From assembly GCA_951406725.2 (NCBI GenBank), contig OX597830.1:992001-1056000 (forward strand): 64,000 nucleotides of DNA, written 5' to 3'. Below are positions 40,886 through 56,036 of this stretch, one piece after another. Source of the stretch: Octopus vulgaris (taxonomy: Eukaryota). The translations under genes and the position numbers were made by a program. Positions within the stretch are counted from its first letter, which is position 1. The number at the start of each line of letters is the position of its first letter. A model generated the notes under the pieces. That model ran no database searches, was not told where the DNA came from, and saw nothing but the letters and a program-made list of their open reading frames with translations.

Positions 40886-42882
40886 ATGTTTTAAACCCAA
40901 TATTTTCATGCTAATATTTATAGCTTTACCTGCCTCAAGATTCACTCTTCCCCAACAGAATTATTTCATGTTTTATTGAAATTACTAAATTCTTATGATG
41001 TCAGCAATATTCTTCTGATAGTCATTTAAGTTATTATATGCTTTTAAATCACTATAAAACATTAAAGAACGGAAATGGGTTCTGTGTAAGAGGGTCGTGC
41101 AGAAAGTTAACTGAGGAATTGAAGTGGCTTCGTATAGCGACTCATTGCATTACCAGTTCTAACAGCTCTGGTATTCTAATAAATATGAACAATTTAATTA
41201 CTAATGCCAAGGTAATCCCCTATATATTCCAAAATAATATTATGCGTTGTATTAGTACTCTGCTTATAAAGAGTATTTGTCTTGTATTGCTCAATTCCTA
41301 TAAAACGTATGAATTTATTTTCCCTCAGGTATGCTACAATGAAACACACAACGTCACCGTTCCGAAAATGACGTTAGATGTTGAGATATTGTCTACCACA
41401 ACAAGACAATAAATGGTTTGTTTCTTCTTGTTCTCGGTACACCTTAATTTCCATGTAGGAGACAGAAATAGGCAAACCTCAGTTAATTCTCCCCTGACTA
41501 AGAAATAACGTGGTATATATCTAATTAGTTTGGACATTTGTAAAGTGAAAAAAAAAGAGGAGTTTTCTCTTTTTTCATTGGAAGTGTTTTCATTTTGAAA
41601 TAAGATGTGAATAAGTTATTTAAACTTTGTCCACTATTATAATAGAATTTATTGCCTTATCAATAATTGGCTAATGCATATTAATATATAATGTATTTAT
41701 CAATAAGTCTGTTAAGAAAACCTTTATATGAATCCAAACAGCGCAAATAGTAGATTTTCATGCAATTAGTTTAGATTTCCAATACATAGATCTTTATTAC
41801 CACTAAATAGTGTTCTGCCAATAGCTGCAGTTTATGGTAATTGCAAAGAATTCGTTTCAGGTTCTTAACACTGGATTCATTTATAATTTAGAAGCTTTGT
41901 CATTCAGTTATAAGTCAGAACGTGTTTATTATATAGAAAACAGATTAATAAGGAGATAAAAAAAAAACTATATATGCTACATTTTGTATCCACTATGAAC
42001 ACTACACATACACACACGCGCGCATATATATTCGATATGTTTTCTTTTTAAATACACATTTCTAATGGACTTGAATAACGCATGTGTAATGATCTACAGT
42101 AACCAACCAGAGCGAAGTGCTCATGAGTTTCAGAAAATTCACATTGAGTCGGATTACTTTCCGTATAATATTTGATTTATCCGAACTGAACTTGATATTT
42201 CTGAACTGTCACATCATAAACATAAACTTTACAAATGTTTAACCTCACACGTTTTGGATTGTTGCCCTTGCAAAGTTATTAATGTCGAACAATGTTGGAC
42301 AAAGCATAGAAACACAAAATGCGTCTCCCTTTTAACATTTGGTCATTAATTATATGCTCAGTGGCTGAATGCAAAGACAGTCTTTATTGGCTTCTAAACT
42401 ACTTATGCTGTGGCATTAGATAATATACTGGAAAATATGACATTATCTTTCGGTATACCTAATTTCTTCAACCCACCCGATATTTTCCATGCTACAGTAT
42501 GTGTTGGGGCAACCGTATATTTTAAAGTCTTGTCAGTATATATGTTATCGCCATTTCTTGTTCAGAAGAAAGAAAGGGGAGGGGGTGAGGGAGACAGAGA
42601 ATGAGAGAAAAGGGAATGAGAGGGAGAGAAAGAGAGAGAAGGCGAGTGGGAGAGAAAGACTGAAAAGGAGAGAGAGGGAGAAAAGGAGAGTGAGGGAGAA
42701 AGAGAGAGAAAGAAAGGTGAATGTAAATTTAATAAGTTTGAAAAATCCTTAACTTTTAATTCTATTTCCCTGAATTGCCGAACCTACTTAAAGACAGCAT
42801 GATAACAAGCGTCTTTACACGGGTTTACTTTTCTTCAGCCAATCTCGTTGCCACTTTTCAAATACATTTTTCCTGCCTTTGC

Positions 42883-42949
<67 letters not shown>

Positions 42950-43490
42950 TATATATGTTTATATATATATATATGTATATATATACCTATTTTGGGATAA
43001 CAATAGAATCAACTTGCTTTAATGATTTCATTATCGGGTAATTTTTAGAAAAGGCAAATTTCAACTTTGAACACCGTAGGGATATTAATGGAAAGGTTTA
43101 TTTCTTGAGAGCGAACCCGAAATAGCATTTCCTAATAGCAATCAGATAAACCTATATAAAGATTAACGTATCGCCACTTTTGCTATTCCTTGAGGATTTG
43201 AAAGGGTTAATTAGAGAATAAAAATAATTAGAAGAATATGATTCAATGATGGAAAGAACAAGAGAAAAAGACAAAGAAAAGGATAAGGAAAAATATGAAG
43301 AAAAATCACTAAATGAATAATGAATGAAAGGGAGAGAGAAAAAAGTGAGCATGCACAGAGATAAAGGAATGGGAATATGTATACATATACACACAAACAC
43401 ACACACATACGCACACGCATGTATGCATATATATATATACACACACACACACACATATATGCACACATCATAACTCACTCACATACCCTT

Positions 43491-43524
<34 letters not shown>

Positions 43525-43614
43525 TTAGTAGAAAGAATAGCTATAACTCTTTGACTGCTATTTCTAAATTCGGTGTGTGGTGAGGCAAATCGTTGCTAAA
43601 CCCTTAATTACTTA

Positions 43615-43673
<59 letters not shown>

Positions 43674-43744
43674 CATTACGAATAAAAAATACGCCGAAGA
43701 TTCGAAGAGGAGGACAACGATAGCTGTCGTCGTGGCAGCGTCGA

Positions 43745-44123
43745 GGATGAGCAAGAGAGAAGAAGAGGAAGAAGAAAAGAAGGAGAGGAGGAGAAGGAAG
43801 AAGAATGTAGAAGGATGAGGTAGAGGAGAAGGAGGAGAAGAATAAGAGATGAAGGAGGAAGAAGAAGGGAGGAGATGGTGGTGGAGGAGGAGATGGTAAT
43901 GGAGGAGGAGATGAAGGAGAGATGAAGGAATAGGAAGAGAAAAGGAGGAGGTGGTAGAGTAGGAGATGGAGAAGAAGAAAGAGAAAAAAGAAAAGGTGGC
44001 GAAGGAGGGGGAGTGGAATAAGAAGGCGGAGGAGGAGTGGAAAAAGAAGGAACAGAAAGAAGAGGAGGAGAAGCAGGAAGATGAAGAGAATTATGCGGTT
44101 TAGTACTCTGGTAGACATTATTA

Positions 44124-44180
<57 letters not shown>
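43745..44180. repeat. GGA/GAA polypurine low-complexity tract followed by (ATT)n
   Basis: Visible composition. Confidence 0.9.
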
Positions 44181-44199
44181 GGCGAATTGGCAAAATTAT

Positions 44200-44600
44200 G
44201 AAGACGTCGAAGGAAATAGTTGAGAGCATGTGTTTCTGTTCTAAGGTCAACTCCCTGTAATGTCAACTTCCATCATTTCGTGATCGATAAACTAAAGTAC
44301 CACTCAAATACTAGGGTCCATATACTCACCAATCCCTTCCACTTCAAAACTGTTGGCCTGTGCACAAAATTGGAAGCAATTACAAAAAAAGACGTGAGCT
44401 TTTAGTATCATTAAGTTGTCGAACAAAGTGTTTAGCAGCCTTTCTTACGGCTCTTTATGTTCTGCGTTCAAACTCAGTCCATGCCGTGTTGACTTTAGCT
44501 TTCTTTTGTTCGGGAATGTACCAGTTGCGTACTCGGGTCAATGTAATCGACTATCCCTTTTCTACCAAATGTCAGGCCTTGCGCCTAGGGTAGAAGCGAT
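44200..44600 (+). mobile_element. Two old tandem SINE family B copies
   Basis: ggcgaattggcaaaatt...gatcgataaactaaagtacc; gttctgcgttcaaactc...gtaccagttgcgtactcgggtcaatgtaatcgact. Confidence 0.55.
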
Positions 44601-45964
44601 TATTATTATTATTATTATTATAGAAGCCATTATAATTTTTCATAGCAGTTGTTGCAGTTTAGCCCTGTGTCAGCTTTAGATCAAACAGGCACAAGAGGAA
44701 ATGCCTTCTGGCCATGACAGTCACACCTTATTTTCCATAAATAGTACAAGTTAATCCAAGTTAGACTTGTACCAGTATCCTAATCACTTGAGCATCCCAA
44801 CTTTAGAAATACCTAGATTGACACGGTGACCAAAATGCTTCTTTTCTCATTATATACTGAATTAATACAAAAGTCAAAGACAGTCTCTTACTGGTTGTTG
44901 ACCCTTGTGCCAGAAATAGCAACTAAATAATGTTCAAATTGAAACTTAGTGTTTTCAAAATACGGTTTTATTTAATAATATAATCGTAGAGAGGTAATAT
45001 GCGAAAGTAAGTTTTGTCGTGTCTGGAAGTCTTCCACACTTTGGTCATCGGTCTTCATAATGAAAGATAAACAATGAAAACAAATTCATTGATACACTGA
45101 GTTGAAGGACATCTATACCTACTTTTAGCCCAGAACTTTTAACTGGTTTAGGAATTAACATGCAAAATTAGATGTAATTCACTACGGAATAAACCTTCCA
45201 ATTTCAGGTATGTCGATATTGAAAGAAAGGTTGTTCTACATATAGAATACACACACACAAGAGAGAGAGAGAGAGGGGATGGAGATAGAGAGGGGATGGA
45301 GAGAAAGAGGGGATGGAGAGAGAGAGGGAGCGAGAGACAGAGAGACAGAGAGAGAAAAAGAGAAAGAGACAGAGAGAGAGAGAGAAAGAGAGAGAACTGT
45401 GTCATTCGCCTATTTTCTCATTTTCTCATCTGCTTCAACTGCAACACATTCTGCAGATGTATGCTGTGTCCAATTTCCTGGATCCCAGCGTGAAGTGATA
45501 GCAGTTACCACATATATACACACACGTGTATTTATTCATACATAGAAATATAAACATGCAGGTGAATATATACATCCATTGAATTATAATTCACACATGC
45601 ATACACATTATACAAAAGACAAAACAAAATTCTAGGCACATTTCTGAATGACACAGACAATTTTTTTTCATTTTTCGCTTCCTCACCACCAACACATTCG
45701 AATTACGCACGCATAAATATGCAATTTTCTTGGGACACGCAACCACGTTAAAAACACCACCGCACGCAACAACTTCACGACCAACAATACTTATACACAC
45801 ACGTCCACGCGCCGTCATTTAAATATTCACAAAGACTGTGCACATAGATTGTAATTCTCAAATTAACACAGTTTAATAAACACACACGAATACATTCTTA
45901 TACACCCACACCACACACATGCAGTCACGCATGCACTTCCCCGGCACATAATACATATACATTA

Positions 45965-46257
45965 AGTCGGTGAGTTGGCAGAATCGTTAGCACACCGGGC
46001 GAAATGCTTAGCGGTATTTCGTCTGCCGTTACGTTCTGAGTTCAAATTCCGCCGAGGTCGACTTTGCCTTTCATCCTTTCGGGGTCGATAAATTAAGTAC
46101 CAGTTACGCACTGGAGTCGATATAATCCCTTTGTCTGTCCTTGTTTGTCCTCTCTGTGTGTAGCCCCTTGTGGGTAGTAAAGAAATAAGAATCGTTAGCA
46201 CACCAAGTGAGATGCGTAGTGGCTTTTCATCTGTGTGCACGTTCTGAGTTCAAATTA
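45965..46257 (+). mobile_element. SINE family B, full copy plus a partial second head
   Basis: Near-identical to 13325 and to the reverse complement of 40295; agaatcgttagcacacc...gttctgagttcaaatt repeats from ~46188. Confidence 0.88.
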
Positions 46258-46784
46258 TATTGTGTTCAAAATTTATGAAAACATTGCCAAGTATGCACAA
46301 CAGGAAACTGCTTCCTCATAGACCTGGGGTTAAAGAACAAAACCCAACAGAATATACTGTTACTCTGGTTTTAATTCTATCAATTATGAGTCAGGTTTTA
46401 GACAATAATCAATTAACTCAAATTAAACATTAGTCGTATATAAACCATGATGTGTGTAGAGATAGATGTATCAAAGTGTATTGTCGTGTCTGTGTCGTTA
46501 CGAGTTTAGTGTGAAACTGGATTGGTAGGTTCGATCTCATTGTAGGTCAACTTACATAAGGTATTTTCATCTATGTCCTCAGAGTCTAATAACGTCACAA
46601 TGAAATATCTGCGGGGGAAACAGTACTAAAATTATGCGTGTACATGAGGGTATTTGTGTGTGTGTGTGTGGGCATTTGTGTGTGTATGTGTTAGCAAGGC
46701 ATATGGATAAATCAGCGTATGGCGTTCTTTTCATACAAGTTACGTCCAGAATTAAGCATTCAATAGAGACCAATAAGTGAAACA

Positions 46785-46882
<98 letters not shown>

Positions 46883-47250
46883 GATCAATAAATGGTAGGG
46901 TTGTGTTGGAGAAATGATAAGCAAAGAAAAATTGTAAAAATGCAGAATGCTAAATTGAAAGAAAATTTGAATGAAAATGGGTGTATGAAAAGTTTTTGAA
47001 AAATTGATAAAATATATAAATATATATATATACATAACAATAATAAATCTCTGAACGAGATATAAACAGTAACCGCTCGACAACGTAAGGGGTATTAGCC
47101 ATCTGAATGTGGCTAGCCACTGGGGGGGGGGGTACCTGATGCTTTTAGCCCCAGACGATCAACGTCACCAGAAGGACTTTAGACACTATCTCAGTGCCCT
47201 TGTGTTATTTGCAAAGGGAGGTCATCCTCCCTCGAAGACCCGAGTACTAC

Positions 47251-47293
47251 ATACGGACTATAGTTTCAAGGCAATTGCCTCTCGTCAACGCAT
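47251..47293 (-). ncRNA. Type I hammerhead (U3-G8), copy 1
   Basis: Minus strand reads ATGCG-TTGACGA-GAGGC(AATT)GCCTT-GAAA-CTATAG-TC-CGTAT. Confidence 0.8.
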
Positions 47294-47604
47294 AGTAAGC
47301 ACCGGTCTTCGATGAAGGAGTCCCCTTGCAAATAATATATAATGTTTTCCACATAACCACTGTCACTGATGTAGAAAAACTGTCTGAAAACAATAATAAA
47401 TCTCTGAACGAGATATAAACAGTAACCGCTCGACAACGTAAGGGGTATTAGCCATCTGAATGTGGCTAGCCACTGGGGGGGGGGTGTTACTGATGCTTTT
47501 AGCCCCAGGCGATCAACGTCACCAGAAGGACTTTAGACACTATCTCAGTGCCCTTGTGTTATTTGCAAAGAGAGGTCATCCTCCCTCGAAGACCCGAGTA
47601 CTAC

Positions 47605-47647
47605 ATACGGACTATAGTTTCAAGGTAATTGCCTCTCGTCAACGCAT
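47605..47647 (-). ncRNA. Type I hammerhead (U3-G8), copy 2
   Basis: Same motif; predicted cut 354 nt from copy 1. Confidence 0.8.
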
Positions 47648-47848
47648 CAGTAACACCCCCCGCCCAGTGGCTAGCCACATTCAGATGGCTAATACCCCTT
47701 ACGTTGTCGAGCGGTTACTGTTTAAATCTCGTTTAGAGATTTATTATTGTTTTCAGACAGTTTTTCTACATCAGTGACAGTGGTTACTGTGAAAAAACAT
47801 TATATATTATTTGCAAGGGGACTCCTTCATCGAAGACCGGTGCTTACC

Positions 47849-47891
47849 ATGCGTTGACGAGAGGCAATGACCTTGAAACTATAGTCCGTAT
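47849..47891 (+). ncRNA. Type I hammerhead (U3-G8), copy 3, opposite strand
   Basis: ATGCG-TTGACGA-GAGG(CAATGA)CCTT-GAAA-CTATAG-TC-CGTAT. Confidence 0.8.
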
Positions 47892-48057
47892 GTAGTACTC
47901 GGGTCTTCGAGGGAGGATGACCTCCCTTTGCAAATAACACAAGGGCACTGAGATAGTGTCTAAAGTCCTTCTGGTGACGTTGATCGCCTGGGGCTAAAAG
48001 CATCAGTAACACCCCCCCCAGTGGCTAGCCACATTCAGATGGCTAATACCCCTTACG

Positions 48058-48239
<182 letters not shown>

Positions 48240-48409
48240 ATAATGTTATTTGATGTCTATCGCTTTTTTACAAGATGGTCAGATGCTTCGACATTGCCTC
48301 CTCGGAAAAAACTTGGTGCGTTTATGTACACACATGTTTTTTCCGAGGAGGCATATGTCGAAGCATCTGACCATCTTGTAAAAAAGCGATAGACGTCAAA
48401 TAACATTAT
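48240..48409. repeat. Near-perfect foldback with ~72-bp arms
   Basis: ataatgttatttgatgtctatcgc...cctcctcggaaaaa is mirrored by tttttccgaggagg...gcgatagacgtcaaataacattat. Confidence 0.9.
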
Positions 48410-51400
48410 TCCTCCTGTAGCCATGACTTCTTTTTTTATTTTGGATTACTGTGAACACGTGATTGACATCAATCTATCTCTATTCTCTCTCCTCTCACGA
48501 TGTGTGTCTGTCTGAGTCTGCTGTGCCAATAATTCAGATCAGTGTTAAATCTTTCTGATGTTCTCCTAAATCTGTAACTTAGCCATACGATGAATATTGA
48601 GCAACGAAATACTAAGCAGACCGTCATATCTATTGAGGGTCTATGCTGTTGCCTAAACACTTGAAGCCAGTACCCCTGTTAATCTTCAGTCAACCTTGAT
48701 CAAGCAAATCTATGACAAAATGCCACCTTAATTTAACAGGCTGGAGTGTATATGAATACATATCTAACGTTGATTTCCAAAGTTTTAGACGTAATTCTGG
48801 GATTAGATAATGATTGCTCTTCTATTTCTAGCATGTACGGAGGCCAGATAAAGGCCATTGAAGGTAGTATACTTTTCCCCGTTAAAATAGTGACAGCTCT
48901 GATCACTTCATATTAGTTTTGTTACTTACAATTCCGCTTTCAGTTTCACAAGCTGTCAATCCTTCTACATACAGTAGACTCACTGTATATGGTTTATTTA
49001 CTGCCGAATGTTCCGGATGTTGATGATAAACAGACAGGCTTCCTTTTAGAGAAAGAATGCTATTTAATGTGCCGGTTGTTTTTCGATGATTTTATATCTA
49101 TTACATACTGAAATAAAATATTTCCAGAAAAGAGATTATAATAGAATCATAAATGATTCTTCATCGCGTCGTAAATTGATGGGTTTAAGTCACTGGAGCA
49201 ACTGAACAATGATCAGGAGATTCACTGTTAATACAGAAAGCATTGTACTGGGCCCTTGTCTAAAATATAACCATGCTTGTTTCACTAATGCGGCCGTCTC
49301 AAGCCCACTGAGTTACAAAAGACCGAGACAGTCTTGCTGTAAAATACATTCTTTCACTGTTTCTAAATGCTGTAATGTGAATAATTCTTTGCCATCATAC
49401 AAAAATGTAAATAAATCAGAAGCAAAAATAATTTTAAATATTGGACAAATACTTTCGGATATACTCTATCTCGAAAGACTTTAAGAAATACACCGTCCTT
49501 TCCTTAAATATCAGGCCACAAGCTTAATCAGAATAGCTGAAAGAAATTCGCACAGCAGCTTAATTTCAGAGAACGTTTTCTTATAGTCAGAACAATAACA
49601 ACAGTAACAAAAAAAAAAGAGCCATGAGTTAAGAGATTCGTCTCCACCACCTTCCTCAGCAGCGACACCTCAAGTTCTGTTTGATCTTCTTGACTTGATT
49701 ATGTTTCTGACACGTATTTTATCAAACCCAGTATATTGAAGCTATTCATTTTCAACAGGAACAGAAATAAAATTTCATTTTCGCCAATAATTAGATTTCA
49801 GTCCACTGCAAAGATTCTTTTTATCATTACAACGGAGAAAGTTGTCAGCTCGCCTGAATTGTGAAGATTATTTAAATTGTGCTGTAGGCAATGGGCTGGG
49901 TCATTTTAGTAAGCCATATATAAATCTTCAGAACAGTGTCTGCTTGAAAAGATATATAACAAAATCATCCTCTGAATATAGGAGATGCCGGTGGCGGGGA
50001 AAGAATTTTAACACCAAGTAAATACTTGTTAAACTACAAATATTTCTGAAAATAATAAAATGCAATATTGACATAATTAAAAAGTTTCTTCAAACAGGGA
50101 TTTTATATTTTATTTGTCGATTATTTTGTGATACTGTACACTATTTTATAATATTTTTGCTTTAAGTTGTAATGGCAAACTATCTGACTTCTGTGCTAGT
50201 ATACTGACAAACTAGTGAATGACGACTGACTTATAACAGCTAATTCGAACACATAGACTGTAACGTAGATTCATATCTCTTTTAGTATCATTTGTATACA
50301 ATCAAGTACACATACACATGTATACACACTTACATACGCACACACACATATATATAAATACACATGTACTTACATGTATAAAGCGTTAGGTACCAAATTA
50401 TTTCCTAATATTCTAACCGAATGATGTTCCCATACGAACATACACACACGCATGAAGCAGAAATGCATACATTTATAATACATACATATATACATATCCT
50501 GAAGGATAAAGAGTGAAATATGTACATCATGTGTATACTCAATAGCATAGTTAGATTAGGTGGAAAAACTCCTGAACACGTATTCTGAGGTCCATCTGTT
50601 CCATGGAAACACTGAGTGACCGGACCGATCTATGTAAAGAAATAATTTAAAGAGAAAGTCTCATAACAACTTCAGAATATTATGCAAGGGTACATATACC
50701 GCAAGCTAGAGAATGCTACGAAACCCGAGAGCAGCAGTCTTGGATAAAAGAAAAAGAGAGAAGGTAGTCACTTTATTGGTGACCGGTTTAAGTTCTACGA
50801 AGAAAGAAACTTATGTAGATCCCAAAGTAATAACAATCATTCATACACACACACAAATTTAACATTATAATTTTCTGTAAGTCAACTATCGTAAATGACA
50901 TTTTATACCACCACCACCACCACCACCACCACCAATGTGTACGTGAATGGATGTCTGTATGTGTCTGTGATAGTATATGTATGTGAGTGTATATGGTCAA
51001 AGGTTTCCTTTGATTCCGTTATATTTTCAGAAATCATGGATCTAAAAATAACTAAGCATTTCATAGAATTATATGCTATGAGAGAGAGGGAGTTGGTTGC
51101 TATTTCAGGCAAGGTGGTTGATCTAATAGGCGCCTCCAAGTCGGCTCCACTTTCCCGATTTAACAGCATTAAGTGATGGAGATTGTGAAGTTACTCTTAC
51201 ATAGAATCACATTGAGAGCTCCAGTATGGGCAGCAGCAGCTGCAAAAACCCTCGAATGTAGAAAACATCTATTTTAATAAAGAAAACATTCTCTTAGTAT
51301 GAAGAAGTCTCTATCTAATATTTCTCAGTATAACTCCATAGTTCACCAATAAAACTGATGAATGTCTAAAGAATTCCCTGTCAAAATGGAATCTGGACAA

Positions 51401-52100
51401 ACACCAATGACAAAGTGCTTTCGTATTTGCCTTCAACGATATTATTCTTCCCGAAGAATTAAAGCACGAGAAAACAAACAGAAAAAATTAGCAAAGCCAA
51501 TAGCTTTTGTGTGTCTAAATACCTTATCATTCAAAACTGGTAGCAACTGAAGAGATAAAATAAACGATAATCTCATCAAATGCATCCTTCAGAAGCAAGA
51601 TCGATAAATGGAATTTCTTTTACATTAATATAGATAAGATGCGTGGGATCGTATGATAATACAAACTAAACAATGATGTTATTTTTCGTGCAGTAACCGA
51701 ACAGATAGAACTAATTGTGTTCTAACACTTGAGATAATCAATTCTCCACAGTTACTCTCTTATTTCAAGAAGAATCTATTGGTTTTCCTAATTCTAAAGT
51801 CAAGATTCTTCATACTAAAATGTCGGCCATTTTTAATTTGAAAAGCAGCATGTCCTGTAGCCATTTCTCTGAGAATATATCCCATTGAAATATTGCTATT
51901 AACCATATCTGTACATTTTTGCTACTATGAAGATGATGTTAACACGAATTGAAATGTATAGATCCGGCTTTGTTATCACGCGTACGGTTTGTGATTTCAG
52001 CTTGCTAGTGTCAAACATTTGTAAAGACTAAAATTAATTATGGTTTTACATCTATATACATTCATATATACATACAAGCACACATATATACGTGTGCGCG

Positions 52101-52192
<92 letters not shown>

Positions 52193-52905
52193 TATATGTA
52201 TATATATAAACCAAATGTGTGTAGGTGTTTATGCTTGTGTCTACATAAATTCAGCTGTAATGTGATTCGCAATCTCTATAGTCTACGCACATTCTGCCTC
52301 TGTTTATTTCAAAGAGTAATTCAATGTTTCTTTCTGTTGTTTGAAACGTTCCGTTTGGAAAAATGAGAATCAGATTGTTAAAGAGATAGCAGCACCTTAC
52401 TAGAAGAATAATTGTCTTACGGGTTTGAAGAGCTAAAACAAGTTAATAGTAGATATGAGATAATATCCTGAGTTTAATGTATGTCATTCGGCGTTAATGC
52501 AATGCAGCCTGACTTGGTGTGGAGAGAAACGATAACGTCTTGTGAGGTTGAGAAGAAGAGGCCGAAACTGACCTAGAAATATAATACGCTTTTAATAAAG
52601 GATGCCTTAGATTATGTATTACTTGATATGGGAAATGACCGGAGGATTACGGCTCGAACGTTTCTAACCATTAGTTTTCTAGATCAGAGCTAACCTGCGT
52701 TAAAAAATAACAACAACAACGCCAAGAAACGAATACTTGCTTGTATCAGACGCTGCCGTCTTCATATCATACCTTGCTATCGTTATAAGAGGACCAGGAT
52801 ATATATCACAACTTGATCCTTTGATATATGTATTCACACATATTTTACATGATATACATTCATATACATTATCTGTATGTATGTGTGAATGTAAATGTGT
52901 ATGTA

Positions 52906-52936
<31 letters not shown>

Positions 52937-53667
52937 ATGTATGTATGTATGTATGTTTGTATAATCGCTTTGAGAAAGAATATGATTAATCTGAAATTCT
53001 CTCACAAACTTAAGGTTTGCACTTAGAAGTGCTCAAGAGGAACTTGAGACAAAAGATAAAAATATATGAAGAAGCGTAAGAGCAGGTAATTTAATCCTGA
53101 ACATCACTGATTTCAGAGGAATTCAAACAACAAGTCTGATACATTAAAAATACACAAATACATAGACAAAAATAGTTAAAATAGGGTACCCTTAATTATC
53201 CTGACTTTTAATTCCTTTCATTCTGGTATCTTATATTTCGCTTTCATTACTACTTCAGATCTTCAATATATTTAAGTATACATGTGTTTTAATATATTTA
53301 TGTCTACACCTAACATTAAAAAAAAAAAATATTATATTACAAAATCAGAAATATTAAATTTCTAAATATCTCATAGAGATATGTACGGTGGTACAGCGAT
53401 AGAGTGATTGTATACTGTCAACTTAATGTGACAGTCCTGTAAGGGAATCACACCACCACTGTTTAGCCTTAGGAAGCCTTGGTGTGAGGAAAAGGGACAC
53501 AGGAAATATCATATTACATATATACTTTTAATATATTTATATATAGATTTTTAGCAGATGTCTATGTATTTATATATTTTTAATGTAACCTGTATATACT
53601 TGTTCTTTGAATTCCTCTGAAATCGGAGTCATGTTTATGGATCAAATTACCTAGTCTATATATATAT

Positions 53668-53924
53668 TACGTGATCACGTGACCGACCAAACCATCAGAT
53701 GTTACAAATCGCTGGGCACAATGCGATCGCATTGTTTTAGCCTTCGAATGACGCCACCCCGCTGGCTAAGCGAGCAGACCAACAGAAGAAAGAGTGAGAG
53801 AAAGTGTGGTGAAAGAGTACAGCAGGAATCACCACCCCTGCCGGAGCCATGTGGAGCTTTTAGGTGTTTTCCCGGTCTGGGAATCGAAACCGCGATCCTA
53901 CGTACGCGGGTCTGCTGCGGCTCC

Positions 53925-53925
<1 letters not shown>
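53668..53925 (-). mobile_element. tRNA-derived SINE family C (5'-damaged)
   Basis: Minus-strand B box ggtttcgattccc, GC-rich body, tail ggtcacgtgatcacgt. Confidence 0.6.
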
Positions 53926-53985
<60 letters not shown>

Positions 53986-54006
53986 TATAGTATATATATA
54001 TATATG

Positions 54007-54859
<853 letters not shown>

Positions 54860-54881
54860 CATCCCAACACTGCAAAACCTA

Positions 54882-56036
54882 ATGAAATCCATAGAGACGG
54901 CAGTGCTCCCAAAGCAGGAGCAAACTAAAGACTGCTTCTCAATTAAAAGCTCTCTTAACAACACCTGGAGTAAAAATCTCAAAGCGCGTAAGTTTGCCTT
55001 CTGGAATTTCATAAAAAATAACAACAAAGCTGACATTTATGAAAAGTGGCTCAACTCCACCCCTATCATCCTACCCAGAAAACTACAAATAAAACCCATC
55101 CAAAATGAACCAGAAAACCAAAAAAACCTCAGGGAGAAACTAGCTTTTGAAAAATTCAAAACGGAAGTAGAACTCTTGCGGCTCAGAGCCAACACCAGTG
55201 AAGAAAAATCCAAGACCCTTGACAATGAAATGCAGATTGAAATCTCAAAACACTGTGAAGGAGCACTCCTTGATGAAACCACCAAACTCTGGAGAAAAAA
55301 CTGCGAGGATGAAGAAATAACATCCCTCCAGCGAATGGAAAAAAACAGCTGGTTCACCAATTATGAAACAGAGTTCACAAAGGAACACCTTTCAAGCAAC
55401 CCATATTTTAAAATATCTACTTCAACTCACACCCCTCGCCAAAAACAAAGAAAACCAACCACAAAACACCGAACACACACCACCCCTAACATCGACAACA
55501 ACAACAACAGAACTTACAGACAGCACTACAATCCCATCAAAAGAACCGAGACACCCATCATCACACGACAAACCTTTACCAGACAACGTAGACCCCAACC
55601 CACACAAGAACCGTTCCAGATTCGGAGATCCTACCCATCACTTAGAAACCCATCTCTGAACTATGATTGTAGATTCCAACCCAAACCGCTCCTAACTCAG
55701 AGTTCTCCCCCAACATATAGGAATTCACTTCTAAACCATGAATATAGTTTCCAACCCACTCTAAGGAACCAACATTACACCCAGGACAAACAACCCAAAC
55801 CCTGGAATAACCAAAACTCTTCCAGGAGGCCACACCAACAACCCAGACCCTGGAACAACCAATACCTCCTCAACAGACAACATAGCAACGGGGGACAGAA
55901 TCACAACAACCAAAACCTCTTCAACAGACATGTCAACGGGGGACAGAATCACATACAGCAAAATACCGCAAATAGAAGAACCCCCAGGATTCCTTTTTTA
56001 GGCAAGGGCATCAGTTTCCACGACACCAGATGGTAG
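54882..56036 (+). CDS. PLE upstream ORF1 (charged helical N-half, N/Q/R/P-rich low-complexity C-half); probably 5'-truncated by the inversion
   Basis: 384-aa intact ORF, frame open back to the 54860 junction; overlaps the RT ATG; ends ...PFLG at the slippery site. Confidence 0.75.
   Translation: MKSIETAVLPKQEQTKDCFSIKSSLNNTWSKNLKARKFAFWNFIKNNNKADIYEKWLNSTPIILPRKLQIKPIQNEPENQKNLREKLAFEKFKTEVELLRLRANTSEEKSKTLDNEMQIEISKHCEGALLDETTKLWRKNCEDEEITSLQRMEKNSWFTNYETEFTKEHLSSNPYFKISTSTHTPRQKQRKPTTKHRTHTTPNIDNNNNRTYRQHYNPIKRTETPIITRQTFTRQRRPQPTQEPFQIRRSYPSLRNPSLNYDCRFQPKPLLTQSSPPTYRNSLLNHEYSFQPTLRNQHYTQDKQPKPWNNQNSSRRPHQQPRPWNNQYLLNRQHSNGGQNHNNQNLFNRHVNGGQNHIQQNTANRRTPRIPFLGKGISFHDTRW

Noticed and set aside
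41310-41420. Possible host exon after ttttccctcag
   Set aside because: No recognisable protein and no partner exons; other acceptor-like sites (~1486, ~45207) are equally unsupported
43612-44266. 212-aa and 196-aa Pro/Ser/Leu-rich ORFs
   Set aside because: Polypurine low-complexity DNA plus (ATT)n
47109-48012. Repeated [22 protein letters not shown]...
   Set aside because: Short, its start depends on a variable poly-G run, and it lies antisense to the HHR in a structured repeat; no coding support
52535-52580. HHR-like ggccgaaac motif (similar weak ones at ~25990 and ~43110)
   Set aside because: Core and stems too degenerate to call
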